A stretch of DNA of 64,000 bases, from the NCBI GenBank assembly GCA_047495785.1, contig JBLDXI010000009.1:5332001-5396000 (forward strand). The letters are read 5' to 3'. Shown here one piece after another: positions 1-14,600 of this stretch (positions are counted from its first letter, which is position 1; each line of letters starts with the position of its first letter). Made by a program: the position numbers and the translations under genes. Source of the stretch: Lepidodermella squamata (Eukaryota > Animalia > Gastrotricha). Below the pieces are notes generated by a model, which was given only the letters and a program-made list of their open reading frames with translations, ran no database searches and was not told where the DNA came from.

Positions 1-183
1 GGAATTTTTACATCGTTTCTGAGCTAAAAGCTGCCGATATTCATATTTTCTACATCAAAAAAATAAAATTACCTTGCGCGAAATTTAGTTTTAGCGCTGC
101 AGTTCCACCTTGCTCGTAGCAAGGTTATTTCATGTTTGTTTTTTTGCAAACACATACCTTGTTCTCAGTCCATGGTACTGTCT

Positions 184-200
184 GCTTCTGTGGCGCAATT

Positions 201-240
<40 letters not shown>

Positions 241-257
241 GAGCCCACCCAGGAGCG
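184..257 (+). tRNA. tRNA-Asn (GTT)
   Basis: Cloverleaf with acceptor stem GCTTCTG/CAGGAGC, D arm TGGCGCAATTGGTTAGCGC, anticodon arm TTCGG-CTGTTAA-CCGAA and T arm GGTTCGAGCCC. A Pol III T-run follows at 262-266. Near-identical to the canonical metazoan tRNA-Asn. Confidence 0.98.
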
Positions 258-361
258 CATGTTTTTATTTATTTTTTATTTTTTTATTTTTTATCCTTTT
301 TTCTCCCATTGACAATTTTTATTCGAATTTTTCGATTTCGAGTAGAAAATTAAACAATTTA

Positions 362-1587
362 TTAATAAGGACGTATGGTAATCAACGCAATCACAGTCAA
401 TACAGCAATGAGGTAGAAAGGTCCGGGTAATTTGCAAGACGAGTCGCCCAAATGCCGATGCTCAGTCGTCGGCTTCCTCTTGCCGCGCCAGTTCGCCCGC
501 CGATCCATCAACACGAATGCCGCATCAGAATAGCCGCGGTCTTCAGCCTCCAACAACGCCGTATTCTCCTGTTCATCCGTCGCCTCAATATTCGCGCCGC
601 GATCGAGCAGCAGCTGCAAAATATCCGTCTGCCCGGTTGAAGCGGCCCAAATTAGCGGAGTCCGGCCGTAGATTTTGTCTTTCGCCTCAATATCAGCGCC
701 GCGATCTAGTAACAACTTGACAACCGCATAACGGCCACTCGTGCAAGCGCTTATTAGAGCCGTGAACCCATCCTCGGGTGATACGTTGGGGTCGGCGCCA
801 AAATCAAGTAAAATTTTGGTAACTTCGCGACTTCTTGATAGAGTCAACGCTGAGTAGCCTCCGCCAGCTTTCGCCTCGAAATCAGCCCCGCGTTGAAGGA
901 GCAGTCTTACAACATCAGGGAAGCCTCTTTGAGCTGCAACTATCAACGGGGTGTAGTAACCACTATCCCTAGCGTTGATATTTCCACCTGCGTCGAGGAG
1001 AGCCCGAAGAATATCGACCCGGCCTGTGGAAGCTGCTAGATGCAATGGGGTCTCTTTATTCACCCCCTCTGGAGCATCAGGATCCGCCCCGGCTTTGAGC
1101 AGGGCCTGGACGTTCTTCAAAATCCCGAAATGGACGGCGAAACCCAAAGGACGTCGGCCTTCGTTGTATTCTTCGATATTAGGATCAGCCCCAAATTCGA
1201 GGAGTAGCTCCAACATTTCTAGGCTTTGGTTACATTGAGCAGCTCGGAGGAGGGCTGTAGCGCCCACAATCAGTTCGTAGCCTGAGTACTCGCCAGCGCA
1301 AGAATACGCATCTTGATCAGCTCGGGCATTGACTTCAACCTCCCGGTTATTCAGCATCGATCTAACAGTCGCCAGATCTCCGGAAACGGCTGCTTGGCCT
1401 AATTGTTGAATCTTGGCATAGTAAGCATCTTTTTGAGCAGACTTCATTGGCTGAAAAATGTAAATATTTCGGTTTTCAACAATAATTCAGTGGTAAGGAT
1501 TATTACGTCAGGCTCGTCGACACTGTTTCTAATTGCCGCCACGCCTGAGAGAACGTGAGCCGAAAGAAGCACGAGAAAAGTCAACAT
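362..1587 (-). CDS. Ankyrin-repeat protein with N-terminal signal peptide and C-terminal hydrophobic tail (about 388 aa; exons 1587-1507 and 1450-362)
   Basis: About 8-9 ANK repeats (e.g. ETPLHLAASTGRVDILRALLDAGGNINARD). An upstream exon MLTFLVLLSAHVLSGVAA... with an accATG start joins in frame through a 56-nt GTAATA...TTTTCAG intron (1506-1451). The protein ends FYLIAVLTVIALITIRPY. Confidence 0.9.
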
Positions 1588-2631
1588 GGTATTGCCCGCT
1601 ATAGGGGTTCGAATGACGAGTTGCCTCTTTGCTGGTCTTGGCGCGGCGGAAAACAAGCGGTATTATTAATGATCGGTATTGATTATGGTGTTTTCCGTAG
1701 CGTGACACGTAATACTATTTCATAAGTGCAGAAAGAAATTCGTCGAGCTAACAAAGCGGTTGTCTCGATCGATCGGCTGATGCATAGTCAGCGCACTTTG
1801 TAATTATTCTCAACAGGTGTGGGCATGGAGCGCGCCTTCGCCCGCCCAGTGCGACAAACGTAGCGAGAAGATAATTTTTGCGTTAATTATTCATCGGCCC
1901 ATCGAGCAAGTGCCGGGTTAAGAGTGATCAGATGGGCGGATAGCTGCTGTTGATAAACATGCCGCACTCGCGGTAAACATATTTACTCCGAGATTGAGAA
2001 TGCATCACAGAACTGTCTCCCCAAATAGCATAAAGCTCCCCAAAAATCCTTTTTTTATCCACGAAATGTAGTTTTGCCAGTTAAAACAATATTGGTACCT
2101 ATAGAGTAGAATTTCACCTCTGGAGAAAGGCAATTTCAACACCATCTTATGCTCATATATTCCTAGCTCCTACATAGCTGTATGAACGGTTTCAATTCTG
2201 GCTTTCTCGGGAGATTGACGCCTGTCTATCGCGATGAACCTTCCAGAAATTCCCTATCACTAATTGCTCTGCCTAAAATGTAACTTGGCCGGATAACGAG
2301 CTTAGGATGACGGATGAGAAGCTTATGGCTTATGGCTCGAAAAATGTTGTCCTTTCGTCTCAAACCTCCTTACTGCTCTTTCATTTCTGGTTGGAAACAG
2401 TCAAGATTCTCGCATCAGCATTGCCGTAACCGATAAAAATGAAAATTGACGACTATTGATCGAACATTGTATTCGTTTTATTCCAATGAAAGAATGGGAA
2501 TGACTCAATAAATGTTAAATAAATCAGTCGCAAAAGCACAAGCAATGTATATATAGGAATTATCATCAATCTCGCCATTTTGTTCCTTCAAGCCGGCGTT
2601 ACAATAAGAAAAATGTAGTAAAACAGTTCTT

Positions 2632-5600
2632 TCATAGCATATTGCTAGGCCGAGATGACTCAGACATCCGAGCCCTGCTGCCGCCAGAAGGCGCCGGCGA
2701 TGGCCTAGCCTGGACGACATTGGCCGCGCTCTGCTGCAGTTGTTGTTGCTGCCGTTTTTGCTGCAACATAATTTTGTTCTTCGCAACGATCAAATCGCGC
2801 ACTTGTTCGCGGAAACTCTTGAAATCCTCGGCGCTGATGTGCCGATTTTGAGGGCTCTGCTGCATCAAGTTCAACAATATGTCGTACTCACGCTCTGTAA
2901 ACTGCATCGCCCCACCGCTGACAATTTTTTGCACCAAATCCTGAGAAAAACATAATATAAAAATTACTTTAAAATCAAGTAAAAATCATACCGATGGGGA
3001 TAAATACAGAAGTTCATAATAGCGCCTTGCATAGTCTAAATCAGCTTGATTGCAGCCAGCAATACGACTGAAGGCAGCTTGGAGAGCGACGATTGTTCGA
3101 AGCATTTTGTTAAGAATGAATTCGTTGAAAGGTTCGGCAGATTGCTGTTGCGATGAAACGCGGGTTCCAGCGAATCGAACCAACAAAACGGCGGCGAGTC
3201 GCGAGACTCCGGCGAAAACGTACTGCATTTTAGACCGGGAAAGGCCGCCGCCAGATGCTGCCAGCCCACCGGAGCCAGGGCCGAATCGACCGCCTTGATT
3301 TGATGTGATATCCTCATCGTACAAGCCATTTCTAAGATAAAAAATTAATATTAAAATGTTTGATAAAGCAGCATGCAATCTTTCCGAATAGTCTGAGTGA
3401 AATTACAAATTTAAAGCAATCTTTCACTGAAACATCCCCTTCAAATGATGCTCATGTAACTATCATCCCGTGCGATCTCTCCAAAAATTATGTTCTAATG
3501 AACCGTTCCCGCAGTATTCGCAGTATTCGGGAAAGTATGTCGAAAAAGTTTCTGGAAAAAACCGCCAATACCATAGCCAAAAAGCCTACTATTCAATGGA
3601 AAAAGTTCAACGATTACGGAAGCTGGAGTAAAATAGACCGAGAGCCATCTTTCTCACCCCGTGAATATATGAGATGCTTTTAAACCACCAGGGAAGTCTC
3701 AAAAACGCTATAGGTACTATTTCTCGGTACCGCTGTGGAGAGAGAAACAATGCAGAACGAGACATTGACTTAGTGATCAAAACAAGCTGTTGCTGAACCA
3801 CAGCCGCAATTCATGAAACTTTTCAATTTTCCAAGCTCCTCATTTAAAAGATGAATGAACTTCGCCCCCAGCACTAGTATCAGACCACACTGTAGATGGT
3901 CTGCCGACAAATCGAGCTCATGAAAAAGGCTAAATACCAAAATATTTCCTATTTGGAATATGGAATATGGAAAAAATTAGCAAGACGTAAGCACACCTCC
4001 ACAGCGAATAAGCGGCAGGTCTATTGATGTCTTATCAAATGAAAAATGGGTGTTATTTTTAATAATTGTAATTTTCATATAAATTTAAATAAATTTAACC
4101 AGAAACAAATGGACGCTTCTCGGCCTTGATGACTATAGATCAAAAGTGTAGAAAGAGAAGGATGGGTCAGAAAGGCATCCTAGTTATCTATTTTTTTCGT
4201 AATTTGGAATTTGCATATTTTACGGCTATTTATAATGGCCTTGTTCCTTCGGTAAATCTTTACAAATTTGAAATGAAATGATGAAAAATAGGTGAAAAAA
4301 TTTCTCTGGCGCCTTGACCTATATTTCGGAATACGCGCGCACTCAGGTAATTAGCGTGGCCGACTATATTATTGCTGTTAATTATGGGCTGAATTTTATA
4401 TAATTTTTATCTCGCTGATTTTTCACTCGATTTCCATCGGGTAAAATTTGTTAGTCTTCGCTTGGCGAATATTATGTGGCTGCAAATTTTCAATTTTTTT
4501 AAATTAAAATTGGGAGAATTATAGCGTTTTGAAATTTTGAAGTACTGGCATGTGTGAATGACCTAGTGCGTGTGCACGATGGCCTGGTAACAGTCGTGCA
4601 CACATTAGGCACTGTGCACGAAAAAAAATGCGCGCAACGGGTTTTGCAATTTAGGGCAAGTGCCCCAATTATGCAACGAATTTCTATTTTTCGTCCTTAA
4701 CTGCAAACCTGCCGATAATTAATGTTTTCGAGTCGGGGAAAAACGTAGTCGATTGTTTCAGACATGCCCGAAATGGCCCTGATGGCCAGGGCGGCATGGT
4801 CCGATCGCATTTCATGACTTTTAGCCTTTTTATCGTCATTCGCTTATTTTTTATTCCAATTTAGTCTGATTTTCGAGTCAACTTAATGTCTGCTCTGCAT
4901 GAACTCCCTTACGCCGATCGCCTCGATCAAGCAGTCGCCCAAGTAAGGGCGGAGAACATGTCCGGCGTTGAGGCCGCACGTGTCTACGGTGTCAAGAATT
5001 ACACCATTTCGCGGCGCATGAAAAACGGCGATCTTCATCCCCGTGGCCGGCGGACTCTCTTCAAACCGGAACAAGAACGGGCGATTGTGGACCGGTTGCC
5101 CTTGACGCGTGATCGGATTCGCCAAGTCGCTTTCAAGTTTGCTGAAGAGCTGGCAGTCGAAAACCAGTTTAAAGACAGCAGAGCGAGCCAGAAATGGCTT
5201 CGCGGCTTTTTAAAGAGGCATAAAGACGTCGCGGCTCGACGGGCTGAGACTTTATCTTACGCGAGAGCCGCCAGTTTCACGAGGCATCGAATTTCCGAAA
5301 TACCATCGAGCCATCAACCGGCTGTTAATATGGAAAATATTTTGATTTTTTTTTCTCTTTCTTTTTTTCCTGTCAATCAGCTGAAACAACCATCTGCGTT
5401 TGTACTCGTGTACACCAGAGAACTTATTAAAAATATACGTATTTACTTTATTCTTTTTTTGTCGCTCGCTTTTTTAGTCTATTCGATGTTCACGCACCCC
5501 AGCTTCGATCTACATCACTTTTTTGCGTTTTATTTTGCTGTGGCCAGCTCCAAGCAGGTCAGCAATGTCCAATTCGCGCAGTTACACTGAGCTTGCTTAG

Positions 5601-8600
5601 CATTTTCATGGCTATATCGTGTATTTCTATTTCTATTACTATGTATTGTTCTTCGGATATGAAAATGCTCGTTTGATTTAAATTATGCTATCAGTTACGT
5701 CATCTTGCCTGTTGCAAAGGTAGTCGAATATCTCGGTGTATCTTGTCCGTTTGTCTTGTCCATCTTGTTTTATTATGCAAAAGCTAACTATACAGCCCTC
5801 TCGGAAAATCTTAGATCGCGAAGGTGTACTTCGGTCTTCGTGCGTTTCCTTTCCAAAAACCTGAAGATTTCAGGTTGAGACCAGTTTGGTCGAATTCGGG
5901 CAGCAGCTCATTTCTATTCAGCTCATGATATGTTTCGATCACTACACGCACAAGTTCTCGACGGTCCCGAACATTTCGCTTTCGACCGGTCGACGGGAAA
6001 TGTTTTCTGCGTTGACTAATACAAGGCTAGTCCGCGATGAATTTATGGCAAAATGATTATTGTTCAATAAAATATTGTTGCTATGATTTATAATTGCCGA
6101 ACTGTCAGATGCGCGTAATATTTATAATTATTCCACTCTCAGAAACTTTGAAAAATTATTATTTTAAGCGTTGAATTATTATATATTGTTATTGTCCCCA
6201 ATCCGCCCCGTACCCCAATTTAAAATTCAAATCAAATTGCCGAATTCTTTTATATTATACTCAGGTCTTCTGAGCTTAGGTAAGAAGTTAGGCCAACATG
6301 TTAAAAAATTTCAGAATTTCAGGTACAGAATAGCAAATTCGTAATCGCAATTACAGTTATCAAGTGAGTGTCAAGTTTTAGCCGTTATTTGCAATTTGCC
6401 AACAGCCCAGTTATTTCCAATGTTTCAAACGCGGGATTTCGCCATGCTGCAAAGGTTGAAGAGCTCCGGTAACGCATTTTTGTTGTTAGTTTGACATTAC
6501 TATCAAAAAATAATTGATGGAGTGTCTGATCTATAACTTTGTTTTCTCCTACTACACCTTTCCTGTCCTAAATCTGAACTTGTCCAGCAATTATATATTG
6601 TTTTCCTTAACACTGTCAAGCTGCCCTCTCTTGGGCGTATGAGTTTTCAAATAAATAAACAGGGTTTTATAATGCTATAACTTACTCGGAGTTGCTGGCA
6701 CTTGCAGATAGGATGGTTTCCAACTGCGACAGCTCGCTTTCAATTTTGTGAACCAACGCATCAGACTCAGCATCCGAACCCTGGCCAGATCCGCCATGCG
6801 ACGACCCAGACCCCAAATGCTGATCAAGTGGGCCAGTCGTCAGAAACGCAGCACATCGCAGTAGCGTATCAAGGTGCAACGTTAGAAAACACGTATCCGC
6901 AAGTTGCTTCAACTCATTCGCAACATCGAGCAAAACCTGAGATAGACGTGCACATCGCGAGGCGGGTGACGGCAGCTGACTAGACACATTCACTATGGAC
7001 TGGCGGCGCTTTTCGTCCGTATTAAACGACGAGACAAATGACGTTAGCTGCGATACGAACCAATACAAAGAATCACCGAGTCTAGCGAGACCAGCTAATG
7101 AGTCACTGGTTAGAGGCGACCGGCAAGACGCCCCGCCGATACATAACCGCATCATTAGGGCGTCAGCTTTCAACGAAGCGGGTTCGCCCCTGATTTCTTG
7201 AACAATCATGTCGACCTCTCGAGCCAGGTCAGCCGCAATGTCTTCCCTTGTGACGATCACGTCAGTTTCCGGCGAATTCGGGTCGTCTGACGAGGTGATT
7301 TTCGAATCGTTGTGATCGGCCGAATCTCCGGCCTTCAGCAGCGATCTCTCCATTTCGTACCAGACCGCGTTTGTCTTGAACATTCGACTGATATCCGGGT
7401 CTGAGGCCATGATAGCAGCTCGAGTGAGTGGGTTGGTTGAATATTGCTGCTGAGCCGCGTCCTGGCCACGGTATCTAGCCAGCCGCTCGTATGACGCCTT
7501 CGAATGGCTGGATAGCACGCTGAAACACCGTTCGCAGGTCATAGCCAACGGATCGGCGAAGTCGGGTAGAGCTCCGATGAGCTGAATCATGTTTTCCAGC
7601 TGCATTCGCGAGGCTACGAACGGTATCAGGCAGAATCGGATTGTTTCTTGGTCCTTTTTCTGATTCTGAAATGAAGAGAAAAAACAGTGTGAAATGTTGG
7701 AGCGTAATAATTAAGGAGGATTCATTGGTTTCCTTACCTGCTTGGACTTGTGGTGATGGTGGTGGTGATGGCCAGGCGGGTGTTCGGCGACAGAACTGAG
7801 CAGTTCCGCGACTAGCGCATTCGTAGCTGGCAGTGTTGAAAGCGAACTCGGCACTTTGATGAGCCGCATGCCATCCAACATTCGCGGCACTTCGGCCAGA
7901 AACCGATCAACAGCCGCATCCAGACTGTTGATGAAGCCTTGAGCAATTATATTGTGCATCAAAATCTAGGCGGAAATTTAAATTACTTTGAGGTCACTCA
8001 AATTCTCAAAATTTTACCATGACTGAACTGCTTCCTAGCGCTTCCCGTTTTGGCACATCCGGGTCTAGTACTTCGGTAACCTCGCCAACAAAATCAGCGA
8101 TCAAGCCGTACAACGGCGCAACGTTGAAGACTTCAGGCCTGCAGACCAAACTGCGTTGCCACTGGCCGCCAGCAGACGCAACAACGTCACTAAGGGCTAA
8201 CGGCCGTTTATCGAGCACATTCTGGTTGCCATCAGCCGTTGTGCCGTACTGCTGTTGCCTGACTTCGCGCATGTAGATGTCCATGGTTTGAGCTTGCCCG
8301 GAATTAGCGAATCGGAATAACGCGCCGATTTGGGGCGGTTGCTTTCGGCGTGTGAAAAACGGGCTGATATCAACGCTTGAGCTATTGACGTCTTTCGCGA
8401 AGACCAGGGCGGCGAAATCGGCATAGAACTCTGAAAATGTGAAATATTCAAATTATTTAAAATTTGATGGTGAATTTAAGTGGAGACAGGTGCGCTCCAA
8501 CACACGAGGTGATCGCAACAAAATTACAGTTCGCCTACCTCTCCGATAGAGACCTTGACGAAAATAAAGTAAACTCGATCATTTTGCTTCAAAACTCCAT

Positions 8601-11600
8601 TTGAAGTCCTGGTGGGCCAACTGGACAACCCAAATTTTGGGTTCCAGCACGAAATAGGGTTTTCCGGGTTTCCAGCATTCTGCGATCTCACTTTTTTCAT
8701 AAAATGCCTAAACGAGAGATTTGGCGCATTTCGTGCTATTGCAATGCACGACTTACATCCGTTACTTCCAGGGCTAATCTCAATGGCTAAACCAATACCC
8801 CCAAATAGGCATTTGAAATATCTTATGAACCCGATCGGCCCAAGCGTTCAGGTTCACATTGATTTGATTGACATGTCGTCTAAGTCTGACAAGGAATGCT
8901 CTGGATACTACATTGCAAGGACCATACTTCGCGCTTCTCGTGAGCAAAGCTTCAGATAAATCTTTCTACTGACGAGTGTCTCGAATCCTTCCAAAACCGA
9001 ACAAAACCTAAGTTTGCGGAAGCCCTGATGGAGTTACGTGCAAATATGCTTTGAACTTTGAAAGGCAGAAACTTGAATATGAGGTGTGATGATTTGAAAT
9101 AGAGATGAGAGGCTCGCCGTACAGCCAAATTCTGCCAATGACACAAAGCTGCGGCCTTTTGTCTTACAGCCACCCCAAAGCATACCCCAGAAGTCGATCT
9201 AAAATTCTTCGGACCTCTTCATCAACGCATTTGCTGGCCACATTGAATGGTCATGGTGATTTGAGCATTTCGCATCAAACAATGTTGAATGCAATATTTT
9301 CTGTGTTACTAGGTTCCCAATCAAGCCGGCCTACTGCTTGGAATGCGAAACAAATTGTCCAGGATTTCTCCCCGATTGTTTCGACCGCAAGTAGCATCGA
9401 GCGTAGTACGTGCGAAATTACTTGGACGAAGCTTCGAACCAAGCTAAAACAGACATGGCGCATAGTTTTTGCGACGGCGCTATCCGATATCCAGAAAGAT
9501 GCCTGGTAATAATCCGAGACTGTGACTACTGAGACTACGACTGAAATCGAGGCTATTGGTGTTGATATGGTTGATATGGTTGACATGGAAAATGATTTCT
9601 TGGACGAATCAGATGACGAAATATTAGCCTTAGAGGCCAAAGACGACGCCTTTGACGATGACGTATGACATTGCATGTTCATGTTTATGTGTATTTGTTT
9701 TCGTGTATTTCTGGTTGATTTTGACTAAAATAAATAAAAACCGGTGTTTTTTGCCGAGTGTAACCCAGTTGGCAGTTTTTCACAATTATAAGTTATAATA
9801 CTCTGGTCACTTGGTAGATAGATAGTCGATTTTTCAAAGCCAAGGAAAAAAATTAATCTATTATTCAAGCTCACATACCTTGATCATCTCCGCCGAAATT
9901 CGGCCTCGCATCGTCAGGGTTATCGTTTGCGTACAACTGAACCAGCTGGCACAGATAGCCGTCCATAACCGACCAAACGCAGCTCAGCGAATACGGCCCA
10001 GCATCAACGCCAGCCGGCGACTTCCGCGCTTGTTCCAACAACTCGGCGACAATGCGATGAACCGCGAGTACGCATTTGAACTGCGAGAAAATCAACTCGA
10101 TCAAATCACGCAACGACTGGCGGTGCTTGTCCGACAGTGTTAACAAATGCGAAGGCTGCGATGCGTAGGCCAACGGGTTGACGAAAGCGGCCCACGCGGA
10201 CATAGTCGGTGCTGTGACGTGAGCAGCCGGTTCGCCGGACAGGGCCTTCCTATTCTGTTGCTCGACATCGTCTTGATCATCGTCCAAGGTGTCCAAAATC
10301 TGTTGCGTGGCTCGCTTCACAACGCCGGACAGTTCGGTTCGCAAATTTACCTAAATTGAGGAAAAATACAGCATAATTATTCTACCGAACTGAGTAAGGT
10401 CCTCGAAAAGAAACCTAGTCTTAATTAGAATTACATTTTTGGTAGTTTTTGAGAGTGTCTTTGCATTAGCCAGAGTTAGAATTAAATTCATCAATTATTT
10501 AATACAATTTGCCTCAGGTGATTCCATTTTCTATCCATCAGAAAATTCATTTCACAAATTTCATGAATGATTGGCGGAGGTTGCGTTTGAGTTCTACTGA
10601 GTGTCAATGTCTTGTCATTTTTCTGCATGTTTTTCTACAATCTAATATGTTTTTCTAACATGTTTTCTACATTTTTTCCAAGTCCTAATTTTCTGCTTGT
10701 TTCCCAGGAAAATACTTCGGATTTCGTGGGCCAAGGCTTCCTAGCCCAAACCCCCAACACATTCGTTCAGATCTACCATGGCCCCAAATCGATATTGAAA
10801 TTTCCTATAATTACCTTAATTGATAGCTGTTGCCGATTTCGTCATGTGAAAAAAAATTCTGCCTTCTGCCCAAAAGGCGCTCGCGATGTCAAACCAACGA
10901 ATTTATTTTTCTATTATTTTTTAGAGGCAATTATTTCAGTAATTGAAAAGATCAAGCCGAGCGTTCAAAATCCGATTTAGTGACGACTATTAATTCCATT
11001 TCATTCTCGCGTCTTAATAATTGCGTTATGATTATTCATTTTTGATTTTGATGATGGATTCGCATTGACCCTCTGCCAAAACATGCGGCTATTATCGAAC
11101 CGCAACATCAGGGTTACACAAAATGAATTGGACAATTCAATTACAGTCTTCGACCTGGCGCTGAGCAAGCTGATGAGTCATGAAAGGTCGAAAATGTGGA
11201 AAAATGTTTGTTTGGCAATTCCCTATCGCCAGAGAGAGTATGAGAGAATGCTAGCCCAGCTAGAGGAGCGCGTAAGATCGCTAACGCTGGAAAAGGAGAA
11301 GCTCGAAGCCCCTCAGCCACCTCTACCTGAAGCAGCAGTGACGACACCAGCTGAGCGAGTACTACCGTCGAGTCTCTAAATCGCCAAATCAGAGATGTGA
11401 CAATGCTTTTCGAAATGTTCAGTAAATCTCGCGAACAGGCGAAGAACGCTCGGAATCATCTGAAGTATTCTCACGTCTTAATAATTGCGTTACGATTATC
11501 CATTTTTTATTTTGATGATGGCTACGATTCGCATTGACCCTCTGCCAAAACATGCGGCTATTATCGACGATATCTAGAATACAAACCGCAACATCAGGGT

Positions 11601-14600
11601 AACACACAATGAATTGGACAATTCAATTACAGTCTACGACCTGGCGCTGAGCAAGTCTAGGTATATTGAATGGCTAGTCGATCTGCATAATAAACGAAAT
11701 GAGAAAAAGCTGCAACTTGAAAAGCTCGAAGAGAACATGCGGCCTAAGCACCACCCTCAGCCCTCTCAACCCGAAGCAGCAGTGACGACACCAGCTGAGC
11801 CACCACGGAGCGGATAGTAGTTGACGTAGCTGTGGTATGTTGAGCTAGGCAATTGTATTTTAATTTTTAACGGGCTTCAACTCGGCTGAAAACCGATTAG
11901 ATAACATTCTTCGTAGCGGTTGTAACGCCTGCGACGTTTCTCCGATATTCCGGCGACATGTATCTATGCACGCTGCATGCTGCACTGAGAATCGCGTTTC
12001 TTTTCTTATAAGCTGTGAGTAGAAAATGAAGTCCTGTCAGCTTATTTACCTCACGTTCACCTAATTTGTTCTCGGAATACAGACCTGTCAGTTGCACAGC
12101 TGTTAAAAGCCGGTGGACCTTCGTCAAAGTACCCATGTTTCCAGGGCATGTTTATGCAGCCAGTTGACACGGCCAACAACCCTGAGTCTTACTATCATAA
12201 CCAGTTTGCCGCTTTAGATTCAAGCTATTATTTGACGAAAACACAAGTACATGACTCTTCGACACGGTGGCTTTTTCATCGTTGGTGTCGACGATTCCTG
12301 ATTCCCGATTCCCGGTAAGACCTTTGGAAACTTGTAATCAAGTAATGCATTTTTTAATTTTGCTGGCTAATTTCTTGTTTGCATTGGTTGCGAAAAACAG
12401 TCTACGGCGTGATTGAGCACGACGGATCACCTCTTCTACCCGACGAGTACGAAGGCGACGGCCGGAACTACATCAAGGATACTCGCATGCGCCTCTTGAG
12501 CACGTGGGGTGGCGAAGTTGAGATCCAGGCAATTTACGACTACCTGAATCAGATTAGCTTGATGGCGTCTAACCAGCTTGCGCGACGACCGAGCCATCTA
12601 TCGTCGTCTTCAAGGGAATCAATAAGAGCCGGTGGTGTCGATGGGAAAAGATTGATCGGTGATCGGTGATCATGACTTATTGCACTATGCATCCTCCTGC
12701 CTGGTCGGCAAGGAATTGGTTCGCTGGCCGCGATGACATGATTTCCTCTTTGCTAGAATTTTTTGGTTCTAGCTAGGGCAATTCTTCCGCAATTTTCTTC
12801 AGTGATACAAACTTTCATTCTCCCGAATAATTCCATAAAAAATAATAAACTTTCGTTAACGGAAAATGTCTACCGAATTTCCAAAATTCGCCCGTAAGTT
12901 TTCAATAGGAAGTTTAAATGTTCGTATTATTAGGATGACAATTATTAGCTGCCAGTAATTTTTCTCCCAGTATTATTTTTGAAGATTTGACGGCATCTGT
13001 TAAATCAGATTATCCGCTTGCCCGCCCTGATAGCTCTGTCCATGTTTCTCCTTGCGGCAGCAGATCTTTGACTAAGCGCTGTGTGTTCTTCGAAAAGAAG
13101 GCTACCACAAATGCAACAAGAGATGAAAGCTTGTGCAAGCTGTACCTTGTCAATCTGAAAATGTCAACATCGAGGAGCATCGACGTGGTGAACCAAGCCT
13201 CTTATAAAAGTGACCACGTCGGTTCGCGAACGGAAGCTGACTCTACATATATTGCACACTGGCGTTCACTACTTGGCTTTGAGCAAATTGCAGTGTGTTT
13301 AATGATTAAACGTGATTGCAATGATTGTGATATTGATGTAAACCTTCCAATGTCCAATGAATGTCGCGTTACTGCTAGGCCGATGTAAACCTTTTGAGGA
13401 GTAAACTGTTCTCATATTTGTTGGTTTCTCTTTTTCCGTTCATGAGTAAAAATCGAGTAAGAATGGGAGAAAAATTTGCTTCTGAAAATTATTTTGCCGC
13501 GGGTTTAAATATTTTTCTATTTTCAAGATATTTTCAAGAGCTTTGATATGTTATCATCTACTTCAATTAAAAATATAAAATATACCTGTAACGCATCCGT
13601 AGCGCGTCGTAGTAGACCTAGAACACCCAGTGATTCCAGGAGAATCGCCATAAAGTGCACCTGATCCGCTTCAGGGTTCACGCCGCTAGTCGTTTCTTCC
13701 AAAATCGGCCGTTGAACAGGCGGAATTTCGGTGAAAAGCGCCGCCAGACTCATTTTAGGCGCTGAGTGACTCGAGCCGTCTGATGACGTGCTAACTCGCT
13801 CACTACCCAGCAAGTGCCGAGTCAAAATCTGAGCCGAAGTCGGTTGATGCTGCGCGTGCTGATTAGCCTGGTTCATTTTATTCGAACCAAGCGATTTATT
13901 GTTACTCCCTCTAGGGTGGAAGCGACGGTTCGAAGACCGCCGAGATGACATATGGCGGTGGAATAGCTGAATAGCTGAGGACGGCGATCGAATGTAGATC
14001 TGCTGCGTGAGTTCTTCCATCAATTGCTGGTACAAATGTTCGAGTTTGGCGTCCAATTCAGCACCCAGCGATTTTAGAGGTTCGATTCGGCTCAGCTCGC
14101 TCTTGTACTGAAATCGAGCTGTTGCAAGCTGCTCAGCTGCGTGGAGATAATATTTTTTCGCCAAATATCCATCGACCTGAAATTAGCGGAAAAAAATTAG
14201 ATTCGGCGAAGAAATCAAGAATTAAAATAAAAGTCTCAATTGTAATTTGTTTATCGCTAATTAGTCCTGTTTTAGCCAAACAAATATTTCCTGAGGCTGA
14301 ATCAAGCTTTGACTCTTTAATTCGCCCAAAAATGAATAATAATTGAAATCAGTTAAAAAATGCTGAATAAGGAAATAATTTGTGTACATCTCACTCTCTT
14401 ACTGTATTGACCAAAAACTAAAACAAGTGATGACTTTATCCTAATTTTCTCTCTTGGATGCGCCCTAAGCCCACCCGTGGCCGGTGCTAATTTATATTGT
14501 TATTTCGAAATAAAACACACTGCTGCTAATAATTGAAATTGTTCAACATTTTCCAGGTTTTCGGGAGTAAATATCAGAAATTCCAATAAATTACCGTAAA

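Noticed and set aside
110-430. 106-aa ORF on the + strand
   Set aside because: It overlaps the tRNA-Asn gene and its T-rich terminator, so it is spurious.
11169-11200. CTGATGA...GAAA hammerhead-like core in the tandem repeat
   Set aside because: Stem II does not pair and the motif is absent from the second repeat copy.
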